Shown here: one piece after another, positions 1 to 7,065 of the stretch
How the letters are laid out: each line of letters begins with the position of its first letter
How positions within the stretch are numbered: position 1 is the first letter of the stretch
Source: Pseudomonas fluorescens
GTDB lineage: Bacteria; Pseudomonadota; Alphaproteobacteria; UBA2136; UBA6156
Assembly (NCBI GenBank): GCA_003241595.1
Contig: QFOU01000018.1
Coordinates: 1-23,583, forward strand
DNA length: 23,583 nt
Reading direction: 5' to 3'
The notes under the pieces: model-generated
Databases searched by the model: none
What the model saw: only the letters and a program-made list of their open reading frames with translations
Told to the model about the DNA's origin: nothing
Position numbers and translations under genes: made by a program

Positions 1-1
1 T

Positions 2-421
2 ACCGAAACTGCAAAGCATATCCTCGAAACCAAAACCGGCGCCAATCAGGCCGTGGCGGTGTACGATACCTCCGTGGCCCGCGACCGTCAGGTACGCACC
101 AGTAACGAGCGTATGGAAGTGCTGGCCGAGCAGCTCTACGCCTTCTACGCCGGTAAATACCGCTTCCCGAATGAGAGTGAATTTACAACCCTCAGCGGCA
201 AACTCGATCTCCATGATGCATGGGGTAATGCGTTCACCTATAAGCAAGTAGGCAAGGGGAAGGAGGAAGGCCAAAAAGCCACGCTGAGTTTCACTACCCC
301 GTGGAATTACACGCAGACCCTCAATCTTGCCTTGAAAGATGAAACAGATACTGCAAATAATCGTCAAAATAACGAGACTGAGAACGATGATCCCTCAAGC
401 AGCCGCCCATCCTATGAATAA
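2..421 (+). CDS. GspG-like pseudopilin (type II secretion / type IV pilin-like), 5'-partial: frame is open from window start
   Basis: Frame 2 has no stop from nt 2. The C-terminal core reads ...RMEVLAEQLYAFYAGKYRFPNESEFTTLSGKLDLHDAWGNAFTY..., matching the GspG helix-loop plus the D(A/P)WGNxY motif. Stop TAA at 419-421 overlaps the ATG at 414 (ATGAATAA coupling). Confidence 0.6.
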   Translation, partial: TETAKHILETKTGANQAVAVYDTSVARDRQVRTSNERMEVLAEQLYAFYAGKYRFPNESEFTTLSGKLDLHDAWGNAFTYKQVGKGKEEGQKATLSFTTPWNYTQTLNLALKDETDTANNRQNNETENDDPSSSRPSYE

Positions 422-1367
422 GCTTGCCAGCGTCGGCAGCGGGCTACGCAATTCTCTCTCCTCGCTCGTCGCTCCTCTTTCCTCGCAAAGCGGTGCCATG
501 TTCGGTATGGATGCGCGTATCGCGCTCATCGTGGCCGCCATTCTCACGGCAGCAGGCGGTATCACCATCATGTCGCGGCTGGAAAGCAGCAAGGTGCAGG
601 CCGCCGAAATGCAGGCCGAAATTCTGAAGGAAGGCCTCGGCCGTTACTACCAGCAAGTGGGTATCAATCAACTCCCTGGCTCGCTGGATGAGCTCTTCCG
701 CTCGGGCAATATCACCGACCCCTCCCTCCGCCGCGACCCATGGGGCAACCCGTGGGAGTACTCGCACACCACGGCCACCGTGCGCATCGAGGATACGCCC
801 ATCACCATGCAACTCGCGGTCATTTATAGCCGCGGGAAGGGTGGTGTCGCCGAGTCCGGCCCCGTGAATTCCGAAAGCGACTTTAACGATTGGATCACCC
901 GTGGTGACGATATCGGTACCAAGTTCATCTCGCGCGATATCGAAATGTCGCGCCTGCAAGAGTACCGCGCCCGCGCCCAACTCATCATCGACAAACTGGA
1001 AGCCGTGGAATCCGCCTCTTATCTCGAGGCCCAGAACACCTGCTCCGCCGGCCAAACCATTCCCGACTGGTGCACCAACGTCGAAGGCAAGAACTACACG
1101 CTGTTCAACTACTACCCGATGGCCGATTCCGACGATACGTCGGGCGTGATCTACTATTCCGACAAGGTGCAGTCCAAACGCTCCTACGCCTCCGGTAACC
1201 TGTCGGAGATGCAGCAGATGATGATCGACCTCGGTCTCCCCGCCGCCTATGCCCAAGACCCCTGGGGCCGCGTGCTGATGTATTCCCCGAACATCACCCA
1301 ACGTACCGATCCGCCATTCTCCGCCAGCCTCTGCTTCTCCAGCGGCGAAAACTGTCTCAGCCGCTAA
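414..1367 (+). CDS. Long GspG-like pseudopilin paralog (~318 aa) with hydrophobic N-terminal helix, GspG-like core (QAEILKEGLGRYYQQVG...LPGSLDEL...DPWGNPWEY...GKGGVAESGPVNSESDFNDW) and ~180-aa C-terminal extension; non-canonical N-terminus (no GFTLIE)
   Basis: Motif-by-motif resemblance to GspG (DPWGNPWEY; GxxGVxESxxDxxNW). Candidate starts are ATG 414 (coupled to the upstream stop), 498 or 507 (MDARIALIVAAILTAAGGITIM). C-ending codon bias matches the host. Confidence 0.6.
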   Translation: MNKLASVGSGLRNSLSSLVAPLSSQSGAMFGMDARIALIVAAILTAAGGITIMSRLESSKVQAAEMQAEILKEGLGRYYQQVGINQLPGSLDELFRSGNITDPSLRRDPWGNPWEYSHTTATVRIEDTPITMQLAVIYSRGKGGVAESGPVNSESDFNDWITRGDDIGTKFISRDIEMSRLQEYRARAQLIIDKLEAVESASYLEAQNTCSAGQTIPDWCTNVEGKNYTLFNYYPMADSDDTSGVIYYSDKVQSKRSYASGNLSEMQQMMIDLGLPAAYAQDPWGRVLMYSPNITQRTDPPFSASLCFSSGENCLSR

Positions 1368-1384
1368 TCGCACAGCAATAAAAA

Positions 1385-1410
1385 GCCCCCGCACGGTTAA
1401 AGTGCGGGGG
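1385..1410. terminator. Intrinsic terminator hairpin (CCCCCGCAC-N7-GTGCGGGGG); strong on minus strand (followed by TTTTTATTG) for the flotillin gene, weaker for plus strand
   Basis: 9-bp GC stem. A-run at 1377-1384 gives a U-tract on the minus-strand transcript. Confidence 0.7.
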
Positions 1411-1422
1411 TATTACTTCGTA

Positions 1423-1432
1423 GGGGGGGGGG
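1423..1432. repeat. Homopolymeric G10 (C10 on minus strand) tract between flotillin stop codon and its terminator
   Basis: Direct read: tagggggggggg at 1421-1432. Confidence 0.9.
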
Positions 1433-1439
1433 CTAAAGG

Positions 1440-2798
1440 TTACTGGGCGTCGGGGGCTGGCAGGGTGGTGTTACCACCACGGTTGCCCAGCTTGGAGCCG
1501 ATGGCTTCGAGCAGTTTCTGGCCTTCCGGCATTTGTGCGAAACCTTCGAGCATCGAAGCAAGCGAGATCCCGCCATTGGGCGACATCACGTTCATTGCAC
1601 CCGAGGCACCGCTGATCGCGTTGCCGGCCGTCGCAATGATCTTCACCTCGGCCTTGGAAAGGGCCTCGGCCTGCTTGCCGCCAACAGCGATAAGCGCTTC
1701 GACCTGCTTGAGCGAGATCAGGTAGCTCTGGTAACCGGTATTGCTGCCGATTTCCTTCGCCAGTGCGATCTGTGCTTCCACCGGTGCCATCTGCATGGCC
1801 TTTTCAGCTTCAGCCTTCGCTTGACCATCGAGCTTGATACCTTCGGCGGTCAGCTTGGTCGCTGCCAGATCACCTTCGGCCTTCAACACGGTCGTGGCCT
1901 TGTCCTGTTCGGCGGCAACGATCTCCTTATCCTTGTTAATGGTCGCCTGACCGACTTCCTTCACACGGCTGATTTCCACGTCCTTGGCAGTGGTCGTAGC
2001 CTGCTGGGCCTTGATTTCCTGCTGGGCCTGTTCCTTGGCAATGCCGACAGCCTTGTCGGTTTCTGCAGTCTTTTCACCGATGGTTTTGGCGGCGTCCTGA
2101 CGCTTGACTTCAACTTCCTGTTCGGCGGCGATCACCGCCATTTCGGCTTCCTTGTTGTTGGTGGCAACTTCCTTGCGGCTTTCCATGGCAATGCGGGACA
2201 TGTCCTTCGCCATGATGTCGGCGATGACCGAGCCGCCCTGGACGTCACGGATATCCATGAGTTCCATGGACTTGACCGTTTCAATGCCCCAGTTATCGAG
2301 GTCGGTTTTCAGTTCTTCAGTGAACTGGTCGCCGAGTGTCGAACGTTCCGACATGATGCTCATGATGTCGTGAGAAGAAAGAATACGGCGAACCGCACCT
2401 TCCACGATGTCCTTGAGGTGGTCCTGCAGCTCGTCAAAGCTGGAGACGCGCTCCGCAGCCTTGTTGGTGTCGGCAATGCGGAAGAACGCCGTAACGTCGA
2501 CGACGAAGGGAACGCGCTTCTGGTCATAGGCCTGATAGGCATCAAGGCTGAGACCGAAATTGCTGACCTTCAGTTCGACGAACGTCAGACCGATGATCGG
2601 GAACCAGCGAGGCCACTTGTAATAGACATTGCCTTGGGCATCTTTCTGGCCGGTGCCGTAAGACACCGTCTTTTTCTTGTATTGCACGATGTGGACCTTG
2701 TTGGTCTCAACCACCGTGCGGAATGCGATGGAAACGACAACCGCGATGATCAGAATGAGCACAGCACCAATGGCGAGAGCAATATAGTTGAAATCCAT
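1440..2798 (-). CDS. Flotillin-like SPFH/band-7 protein (YqiK/FloT-like), 452 aa
   Basis: N-terminal TM (MDFNYIALAIGAVLILIIAVVV), then an SPFH domain, then a long Ala/Glu/Lys/Gln-rich coiled-coil and a Gly/Ala-rich tail. ATG at 2798 is preceded by AAGGAGG (rc of 2806-2812). The GTG start at 2837 in the ORF track is rejected. Confidence 0.85.
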   Translation of the reverse strand: MDFNYIALAIGAVLILIIAVVVSIAFRTVVETNKVHIVQYKKKTVSYGTGQKDAQGNVYYKWPRWFPIIGLTFVELKVSNFGLSLDAYQAYDQKRVPFVVDVTAFFRIADTNKAAERVSSFDELQDHLKDIVEGAVRRILSSHDIMSIMSERSTLGDQFTEELKTDLDNWGIETVKSMELMDIRDVQGGSVIADIMAKDMSRIAMESRKEVATNNKEAEMAVIAAEQEVEVKRQDAAKTIGEKTAETDKAVGIAKEQAQQEIKAQQATTTAKDVEISRVKEVGQATINKDKEIVAAEQDKATTVLKAEGDLAATKLTAEGIKLDGQAKAEAEKAMQMAPVEAQIALAKEIGSNTGYQSYLISLKQVEALIAVGGKQAEALSKAEVKIIATAGNAISGASGAMNVMSPNGGISLASMLEGFAQMPEGQKLLEAIGSKLGNRGGNTTLPAPDAQ

Positions 2799-2971
2799 AG
2801 TAAAAAAGGCCCTCCTTAGGCCCGGTAGTCCACACACGTGTGGGGTATATAAGTGGAGGAACTTATCCGAAACGGTTGTAGATTCCTAAACGGAACCAAG
2901 CGGTGTCCGAAGCGGATTCTGTACTCAGATAGGGCCTGAGTCGTGCAATTCAAGCACTTGGATGACAATTA

Positions 2972-3385
2972 TTAATGCCACCCACCCCGCCCGTGCCCAT
3001 CCCACCCACGGTGCCACCGCCCACCGCGCGGGCCGTCATGGCTATCCCAGCTCAAATTCACCCCCCACAGCCCGCCATAGGTCGGGCCATAAGCCACCTG
3101 CCGCTCTACATATAAAGGCTCTTGGTAAACCACTTGCGGTTCAATAATAGGTGACTGAATATATTGCTGTTCAACTTGAATGGGCTCTCCCAAGTCGCTG
3201 CCTTCACTTACAATTTTCCAATCACCATCCGGCTGCATGCAGGCGGTGCCGTAGCTGTTCTGCACCTTGCCACCAATGGTCACCTTGCGCTGAAATTCCC
3301 GGCAATACGGTTCATCGGCATGCGCGCTCAAGGCCACGCCACTCAGTGCGACAATGGCAAGTCCGGTCAACAGGGGGAGTTTCAT
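2972..3385 (-). CDS. Small secreted protein (137 aa): signal peptide, Cys-containing core (YCREFQRKVTIGGKVQNSYGTACMQPDGDW) and Gly/Trp/His/Arg-rich C-terminal tail (GGRWHRGWDGHGRGGWH)
   Basis: Sec signal MKLPLLTGLAIVALSGVALSAHA|DE. ATG at 3385 with AAGGAC SD. Product family not recognised with confidence. Confidence 0.6.
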   Translation of the reverse strand: MKLPLLTGLAIVALSGVALSAHADEPYCREFQRKVTIGGKVQNSYGTACMQPDGDWKIVSEGSDLGEPIQVEQQYIQSPIIEPQVVYQEPLYVERQVAYGPTYGGLWGVNLSWDSHDGPRGGRWHRGWDGHGRGGWH

Positions 3386-3571
3386 AGGGTGTTTGTCCTT
3401 CTTGATACTCCCTTAACGGAAGCGCCGTGCCCAACCCTGCGCGGAATATCAAAAAAATGGTTCTATAACCGAAAGTCCTTTGTCATCAGGGCTACGGGCT
3501 TTGGTCTTGTAATTTCAAATCGTAAGTCATATATGTGCCCCACTTCCTATTTTTCCACAGGAGCTTCCGTC

Positions 3572-4189
3572 ATGGAAACCAAGCACTACAAACTTCTTTG
3601 CGTGGGAGATTTCACCCCCGAACGGTTCAGCGAGTTCCGTGGGCACGGCCTCGATGCCATTCTGTCGTTCGAGCCTCAATCCAGTCCGGAAGACGCTCTA
3701 CGTACCCTGTGCATCATCAACTACGATGCCGTGCTGATGCACCAGAGCCTGCGTATGTCGCCGGATAAGTTCAAGGCCGCCATCCGCAGTACCCATCCGT
3801 TCATGGTCACACTGGTGCCGCCGCGCTTGCCGGCAGATGCTATCTTCAAGGATCTCATTCAACAGATCGACGATTCACGTATCAAACGCGCCAGTTATCT
3901 GGTCGCGGGCGATATCGCATTCAACCCGAAAACGGGAGAGATCCTGACCCAGAACCGTGAGTTCAAACTCACGAATATAAATGCCTGCCGCTTGTTGTCG
4001 TATATGATGCAACATCCGAATAGCAGCCTGAACAGGGATAATATCCACAAATACCTCGAGTTCGCCGATAAGCTGACCTCGAATTACATCGACACGCTCG
4101 TGCGCGATATCCGTACTGCACTGCAACAGTCCCGAAAGGTGCGGGTACAAACGGTGCGCGGTATAGGTTACGCTCTCGAAGTGGACTAA
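3572..4189 (+). CDS. Orphan OmpR/PhoB-family winged-helix transcriptional regulator with divergent receiver-like N-domain (205 aa)
   Basis: C-terminus ...ILTQNREFKLTNINACRLLSYMMQHPNSSLNRDNIHKYL...IDTLVRDIRTALQQSRKVRVQTVRGIGYALEV is a textbook trans_reg_C fold signature. N-domain has KLLCVGDF ... INYDAVLMH (candidate phospho-Asp) but lacks the DD pair. AGGAG SD 8 nt before ATG 3572. The longer track ORF from 3164 is rejected. Confidence 0.75.
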   Translation: METKHYKLLCVGDFTPERFSEFRGHGLDAILSFEPQSSPEDALRTLCIINYDAVLMHQSLRMSPDKFKAAIRSTHPFMVTLVPPRLPADAIFKDLIQQIDDSRIKRASYLVAGDIAFNPKTGEILTQNREFKLTNINACRLLSYMMQHPNSSLNRDNIHKYLEFADKLTSNYIDTLVRDIRTALQQSRKVRVQTVRGIGYALEVD

Positions 4190-4216
4190 TGCCACAACAC
4201 GATACCACTCCTCATC

Positions 4217-4242
4217 CACCCATGGTTTACGCCATGGGTGGA
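4217..4242 (+). terminator. Perfect 10-bp inverted repeat CCACCCATGG-N6-CCATGGGTGG followed by ATTTTTGT: intrinsic terminator/attenuator between regulator and prepilin peptidase
   Basis: Direct read. The stem includes the ATG at 4238, so the real peptidase start is probably 4253 or 4262. Confidence 0.55.
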
Positions 4243-4252
4243 TTTTTGTAGC

Positions 4253-4849
4253 ATGCCCGCAATGCCGCTCTCCACATTCACCCCCTTGGAAAAAGCCACC
4301 CACGTGCCAGATGCCGCCGCACAGGGGCTCCTTCCACGCGCGTGGATATGGCCGCTCACCCTCGCGCTCACTGTCGCCATTACAGGTGCTCTCTGGCCCG
4401 CCTATGGCATCGCCGCGGTAGCCATTGCCGCGCTTTTCGCCCGCATGGCCGCGCTGGATATCACCACCTACACCCTACCGAACGTCTACACCGTGCCGTT
4501 GGTCATCGTCGGCTTCGTCCACGCCCTCAGCCATAACCTCGTTCCGCAGGCGCTCGTCGCCCTCCTGATGCTGTCCTTTCTCACCAGCCCCGTCCGCCAC
4601 AGCTTCGCCCGCCTCGGCCTGAAGTTAGGGTTAGGGGGAGGGGACATCAAACTCCTCGCCGCACTCTTTGCCTTCCTGCCTTTACCGCTGGCATGCTGGA
4701 GCCTTGCTCTCGGCTGCATCCTCTGGCTACCGGTGGCCTTCGCCAAACCTAAAGCCATGATACCGTTTGGCATCCCGATTCTTGCCGGTTGGATCATAAT
4801 GCTATGCGTCCCGCACTTGCCAAACTGGCTGATTTCCACCATATCGTAA
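4253..4849 (+). CDS. A24-family prepilin peptidase, short CpaA/TadV-like form
   Basis: Multi-TM protein with the GGGDIKLLAAL active-site motif (second catalytic Asp) and an earlier Asp in ALDITTY. Start is ambiguous (4238, 4253 or 4262) and none has a good SD. Confidence 0.7.
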   Translation: MPAMPLSTFTPLEKATHVPDAAAQGLLPRAWIWPLTLALTVAITGALWPAYGIAAVAIAALFARMAALDITTYTLPNVYTVPLVIVGFVHALSHNLVPQALVALLMLSFLTSPVRHSFARLGLKLGLGGGDIKLLAALFAFLPLPLACWSLALGCILWLPVAFAKPKAMIPFGIPILAGWIIMLCVPHLPNWLISTIS

Positions 4850-4852
4850 GGT

Positions 4853-5422
4853 ATGACTCACACCTGCGCATGGCCCAACTGCCCCAACGAGGGTTCTTTC
4901 CCTGCGCCGCGTAACCCGCGCGATCTGCGTGAGCGCCAATACTTCTGCCAGGATCACATCAAGGAATTCAACAAGCGCTGGAACGGCCTTGATGGCTTCT
5001 CCGAGCAAGAGATCTACGGCATGCAAGACGGTACCGCACAATGGAACCGCCCCACCTGGAACATGGGCCTTAACGGCGCGGGACCGAATGCCGGCCGCGT
5101 CGAACATCCGTTTGCCGATCCCTTCGTCGATGCCGACGACCTCTTCGGTTTCTTCAAGCAACGCGTCGCCCGCGAGCGGGAAGGGGAGTCACTGCCCTCC
5201 ACCCGGCACCTACCGGCCGACGTCAAGGAGTCCTGCGCCATTTTCGGAATCGAACAACCTCTCGAGGCCGCCATGCTGAAAAAACGCTATCTCAACCTGA
5301 TGAAGCAGCACCATCCGGACGTGAACAAATCCGATAACGCCGCCGACCAAACCAAGCGTATCAACGTGGCCTATCGCATCCTCACCGACTACGCCGAACG
5401 CCACGGTATCAATCCCCTGTAA
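4853..5422 (+). CDS. J-domain (DnaJ-like, HPD motif) protein with N-terminal Cys/His zinc-finger-like module (CAWPNCPN...FCQDH)
   Basis: C-terminus ...LKKRYLNLMKQHHPDVNK...RINVAYRILTDY is a J-domain. Start is 3 nt after the peptidase stop (TAAGGTATG), so the two are translationally coupled. Confidence 0.8.
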   Translation: MTHTCAWPNCPNEGSFPAPRNPRDLRERQYFCQDHIKEFNKRWNGLDGFSEQEIYGMQDGTAQWNRPTWNMGLNGAGPNAGRVEHPFADPFVDADDLFGFFKQRVAREREGESLPSTRHLPADVKESCAIFGIEQPLEAAMLKKRYLNLMKQHHPDVNKSDNAADQTKRINVAYRILTDYAERHGINPL

Positions 5423-5449
5423 CAAAAAAGGGCCTGTTGGCCCTTTTTA
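5423..5449. terminator. Bidirectional intrinsic terminator AAAAAAGGGCC-TGTT-GGCCCTTTTT
   Basis: Hairpin flanked by an A-run and a T-run, between convergent genes. Confidence 0.75.
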
Positions 5450-6523
5450 TTAGATGATCGTATTACCAACATCGTCCGGCAGTAACTCGTCCGGAGCTTC
5501 ATCCTCTTTCGGATTGTATTGTGGGGTCGTCTCGGGTTCCGATGTCACATCTGGATACGCATTCAAGTTGCTGCCACGGCCTACATTCGGGGTCGTCTCC
5601 ACAGCACCGTCACGCACTTCACCGGGCACGGTCACAGGTACATCGATCCACATATCGACCGGTTTGGCAGGCACGGTGCTGGGCATCGGGGCGTAATTGT
5701 TCTCAGGGGTTCCGCTTGCACGGTCAACCGGAGGCAGGTTCAAACGGGTGGGAATGCTCTGCGGGGCGTTCACGCGCCAGCGGCGGGCGTCACGCTGACG
5801 AATATCCCATGCAATGTCCTCAGCGGCCTTACGCAGCACACTCTCGGTCAGGTCGAACATGCGGGCGCGGTCGCGCTCTTTGGTCGGGCCACGGCCGTTA
5901 TAATCCTTGCGGGCCTGCTCCTGTTCGTAACGGTACACGCGGTTGAATACCACGGTGCTGTCGGGGCGGCGTACCAGAACGTTCAGCTCGGTGGTCACCG
6001 AGTATCGGCCCCAGCTTCCGCTCCACAGCTTGCCGGTTTTGATCTGGGTGTTAAGGCTCTTAACGTCGATCTCAACCTTGTAGTGCTTCATCTGCTTAGG
6101 ACGATAGCTCAGGTATTTCCCCAAAATGCCGGGCACCTGATAGCTCACACCACCCAGCAGATTGTCCGGATCATAGGTATGGATCATCTGGTCATCGCTT
6201 TCCAGCTCCATGGAACGCGGGCGACGCGCATCGGTAAAGCGGACGATCTCAACCGAAAAGTCGCTACGGCTCAGCACCAGTTCACGTTGGGTGGGTTCGC
6301 GGTTGGTCCATGGGCCGGTCTCATCCACCGGTAGGGCTTCGCGGCCGATATTGGCGGTAGAGCGTTCGGCACTATTCGTGCTGCAACCACCTAAGGCGGC
6401 GGCAAACGCCAGCGCAACCAACAGGGCGGTCAGGCTGCGGCCACCACATAAACCATTGCTCGCTAGCGCGGCGTGGTCGCCGCTAACGAGTTTCCAAATT
6501 CCAAAGCTAAATCCTTGACGCAT
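5450..6523 (-). CDS. Lipoprotein of unknown function (lipobox LAFAAALGG|CS), Pro/Thr-rich acidic C-terminus
   Basis: ORF 5450..6544 starts with GTG in the track; first ATG is at 6523. Signal peptide plus lipobox. True start is uncertain, and a later TTG/CTG start is possible because the ORF overlaps the upstream gene. Confidence 0.6.
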   Translation of the reverse strand: MRQGFSFGIWKLVSGDHAALASNGLCGGRSLTALLVALAFAAALGGCSTNSAERSTANIGREALPVDETGPWTNREPTQRELVLSRSDFSVEIVRFTDARRPRSMELESDDQMIHTYDPDNLLGGVSYQVPGILGKYLSYRPKQMKHYKVEIDVKSLNTQIKTGKLWSGSWGRYSVTTELNVLVRRPDSTVVFNRVYRYEQEQARKDYNGRGPTKERDRARMFDLTESVLRKAAEDIAWDIRQRDARRWRVNAPQSIPTRLNLPPVDRASGTPENNYAPMPSTVPAKPVDMWIDVPVTVPGEVRDGAVETTPNVGRGSNLNAYPDVTSEPETTPQYNPKEDEAPDELLPDDVGNTII

Positions 6524-7065
6524 GCATTCATCACTTTCTGCCACATCGTCGTGTTACGCGCGGTTTCGGTCAAGGGCTTGGTGCTCAGTTGGGTGCGGCT
6601 CTGTTGCCAAAAATCCCCCCATGCGTAGGTGTCGCGGCGCATGGTCGCGTTGCAGGTGGTGTCTACGGTCGCAATGGTGCGGTTGGCAAAGTCGCGCCCA
6701 CGCAGGGTTACACCCATGGTCATGGCGTAGCTGTCGCCGCTGCTGGTGGCTTCATAGCTCTTCAGCTTAACGTCGAGATAGGCGGGAGAATTATTAAAAA
6801 TGCTGCGCTCGATATTGGCATGCCATCCCTGCATGAAGCTCTGGATATTGAACGGAGTGGCCGCCATCAGCTTGGTATCGTCATTGGCGCGGATATCCGC
6901 AAAGCTGGCCAGCGTGAATTCGTAAGCGAACGGGCCGACCTCGGGCTTGGGCTTGGCCGCGCAACCGGTAGTAATAATGGCCAGAAGAAGGGCGGTTAAA
7001 CCCGCTGCGCGCAAACAACCCTGTCGCGCCCACCCAGATCTTTGCAAACCGAAATTTCGTGCCAT
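6463..7065 (-). CDS. Lipoprotein of unknown function (lipobox LLAIITTG|CAA), 200 aa
   Basis: ATG at 7065. Overlaps the prmC 3' end by 70 nt and the downstream lipoprotein by ~60 nt, so the start may be later. Confidence 0.6.
   Translation of the reverse strand: MARNFGLQRSGWARQGCLRAAGLTALLLAIITTGCAAKPKPEVGPFAYEFTLASFADIRANDDTKLMAATPFNIQSFMQGWHANIERSIFNNSPAYLDVKLKSYEATSSGDSYAMTMGVTLRGRDFANRTIATVDTTCNATMRRDTYAWGDFWQQSRTQLSTKPLTETARNTTMWQKVMNACVKDLALEFGNSLAATTPR

Noticed and set aside
339-413. ATG 339 start for the second pseudopilin (MKQILQIIVKITRLRT...)
   Set aside because: It would overlap the upstream gene by 83 nt. ATG 414 gives the classic ATGA-type coupling.
444-1394. 316-aa minus-strand ORF antisense to the pseudopilin gene
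   Set aside because: Gly/Ala/Arg-rich translation typical of an antisense frame of a GC-rich gene. No start context. Fully overlapped by a gene with clear homology.
1533-2819. 428-aa plus-strand ORF antisense to the flotillin gene
   Set aside because: Low-complexity G/L/R-rich product and complete overlap with a confidently assigned SPFH gene. It is a shadow ORF.
3164-3571. Upstream extension of the regulator ORF
   Set aside because: No SD, and it overlaps the convergent-strand secreted-protein gene. ATG 3572 has an AGGAG SD.
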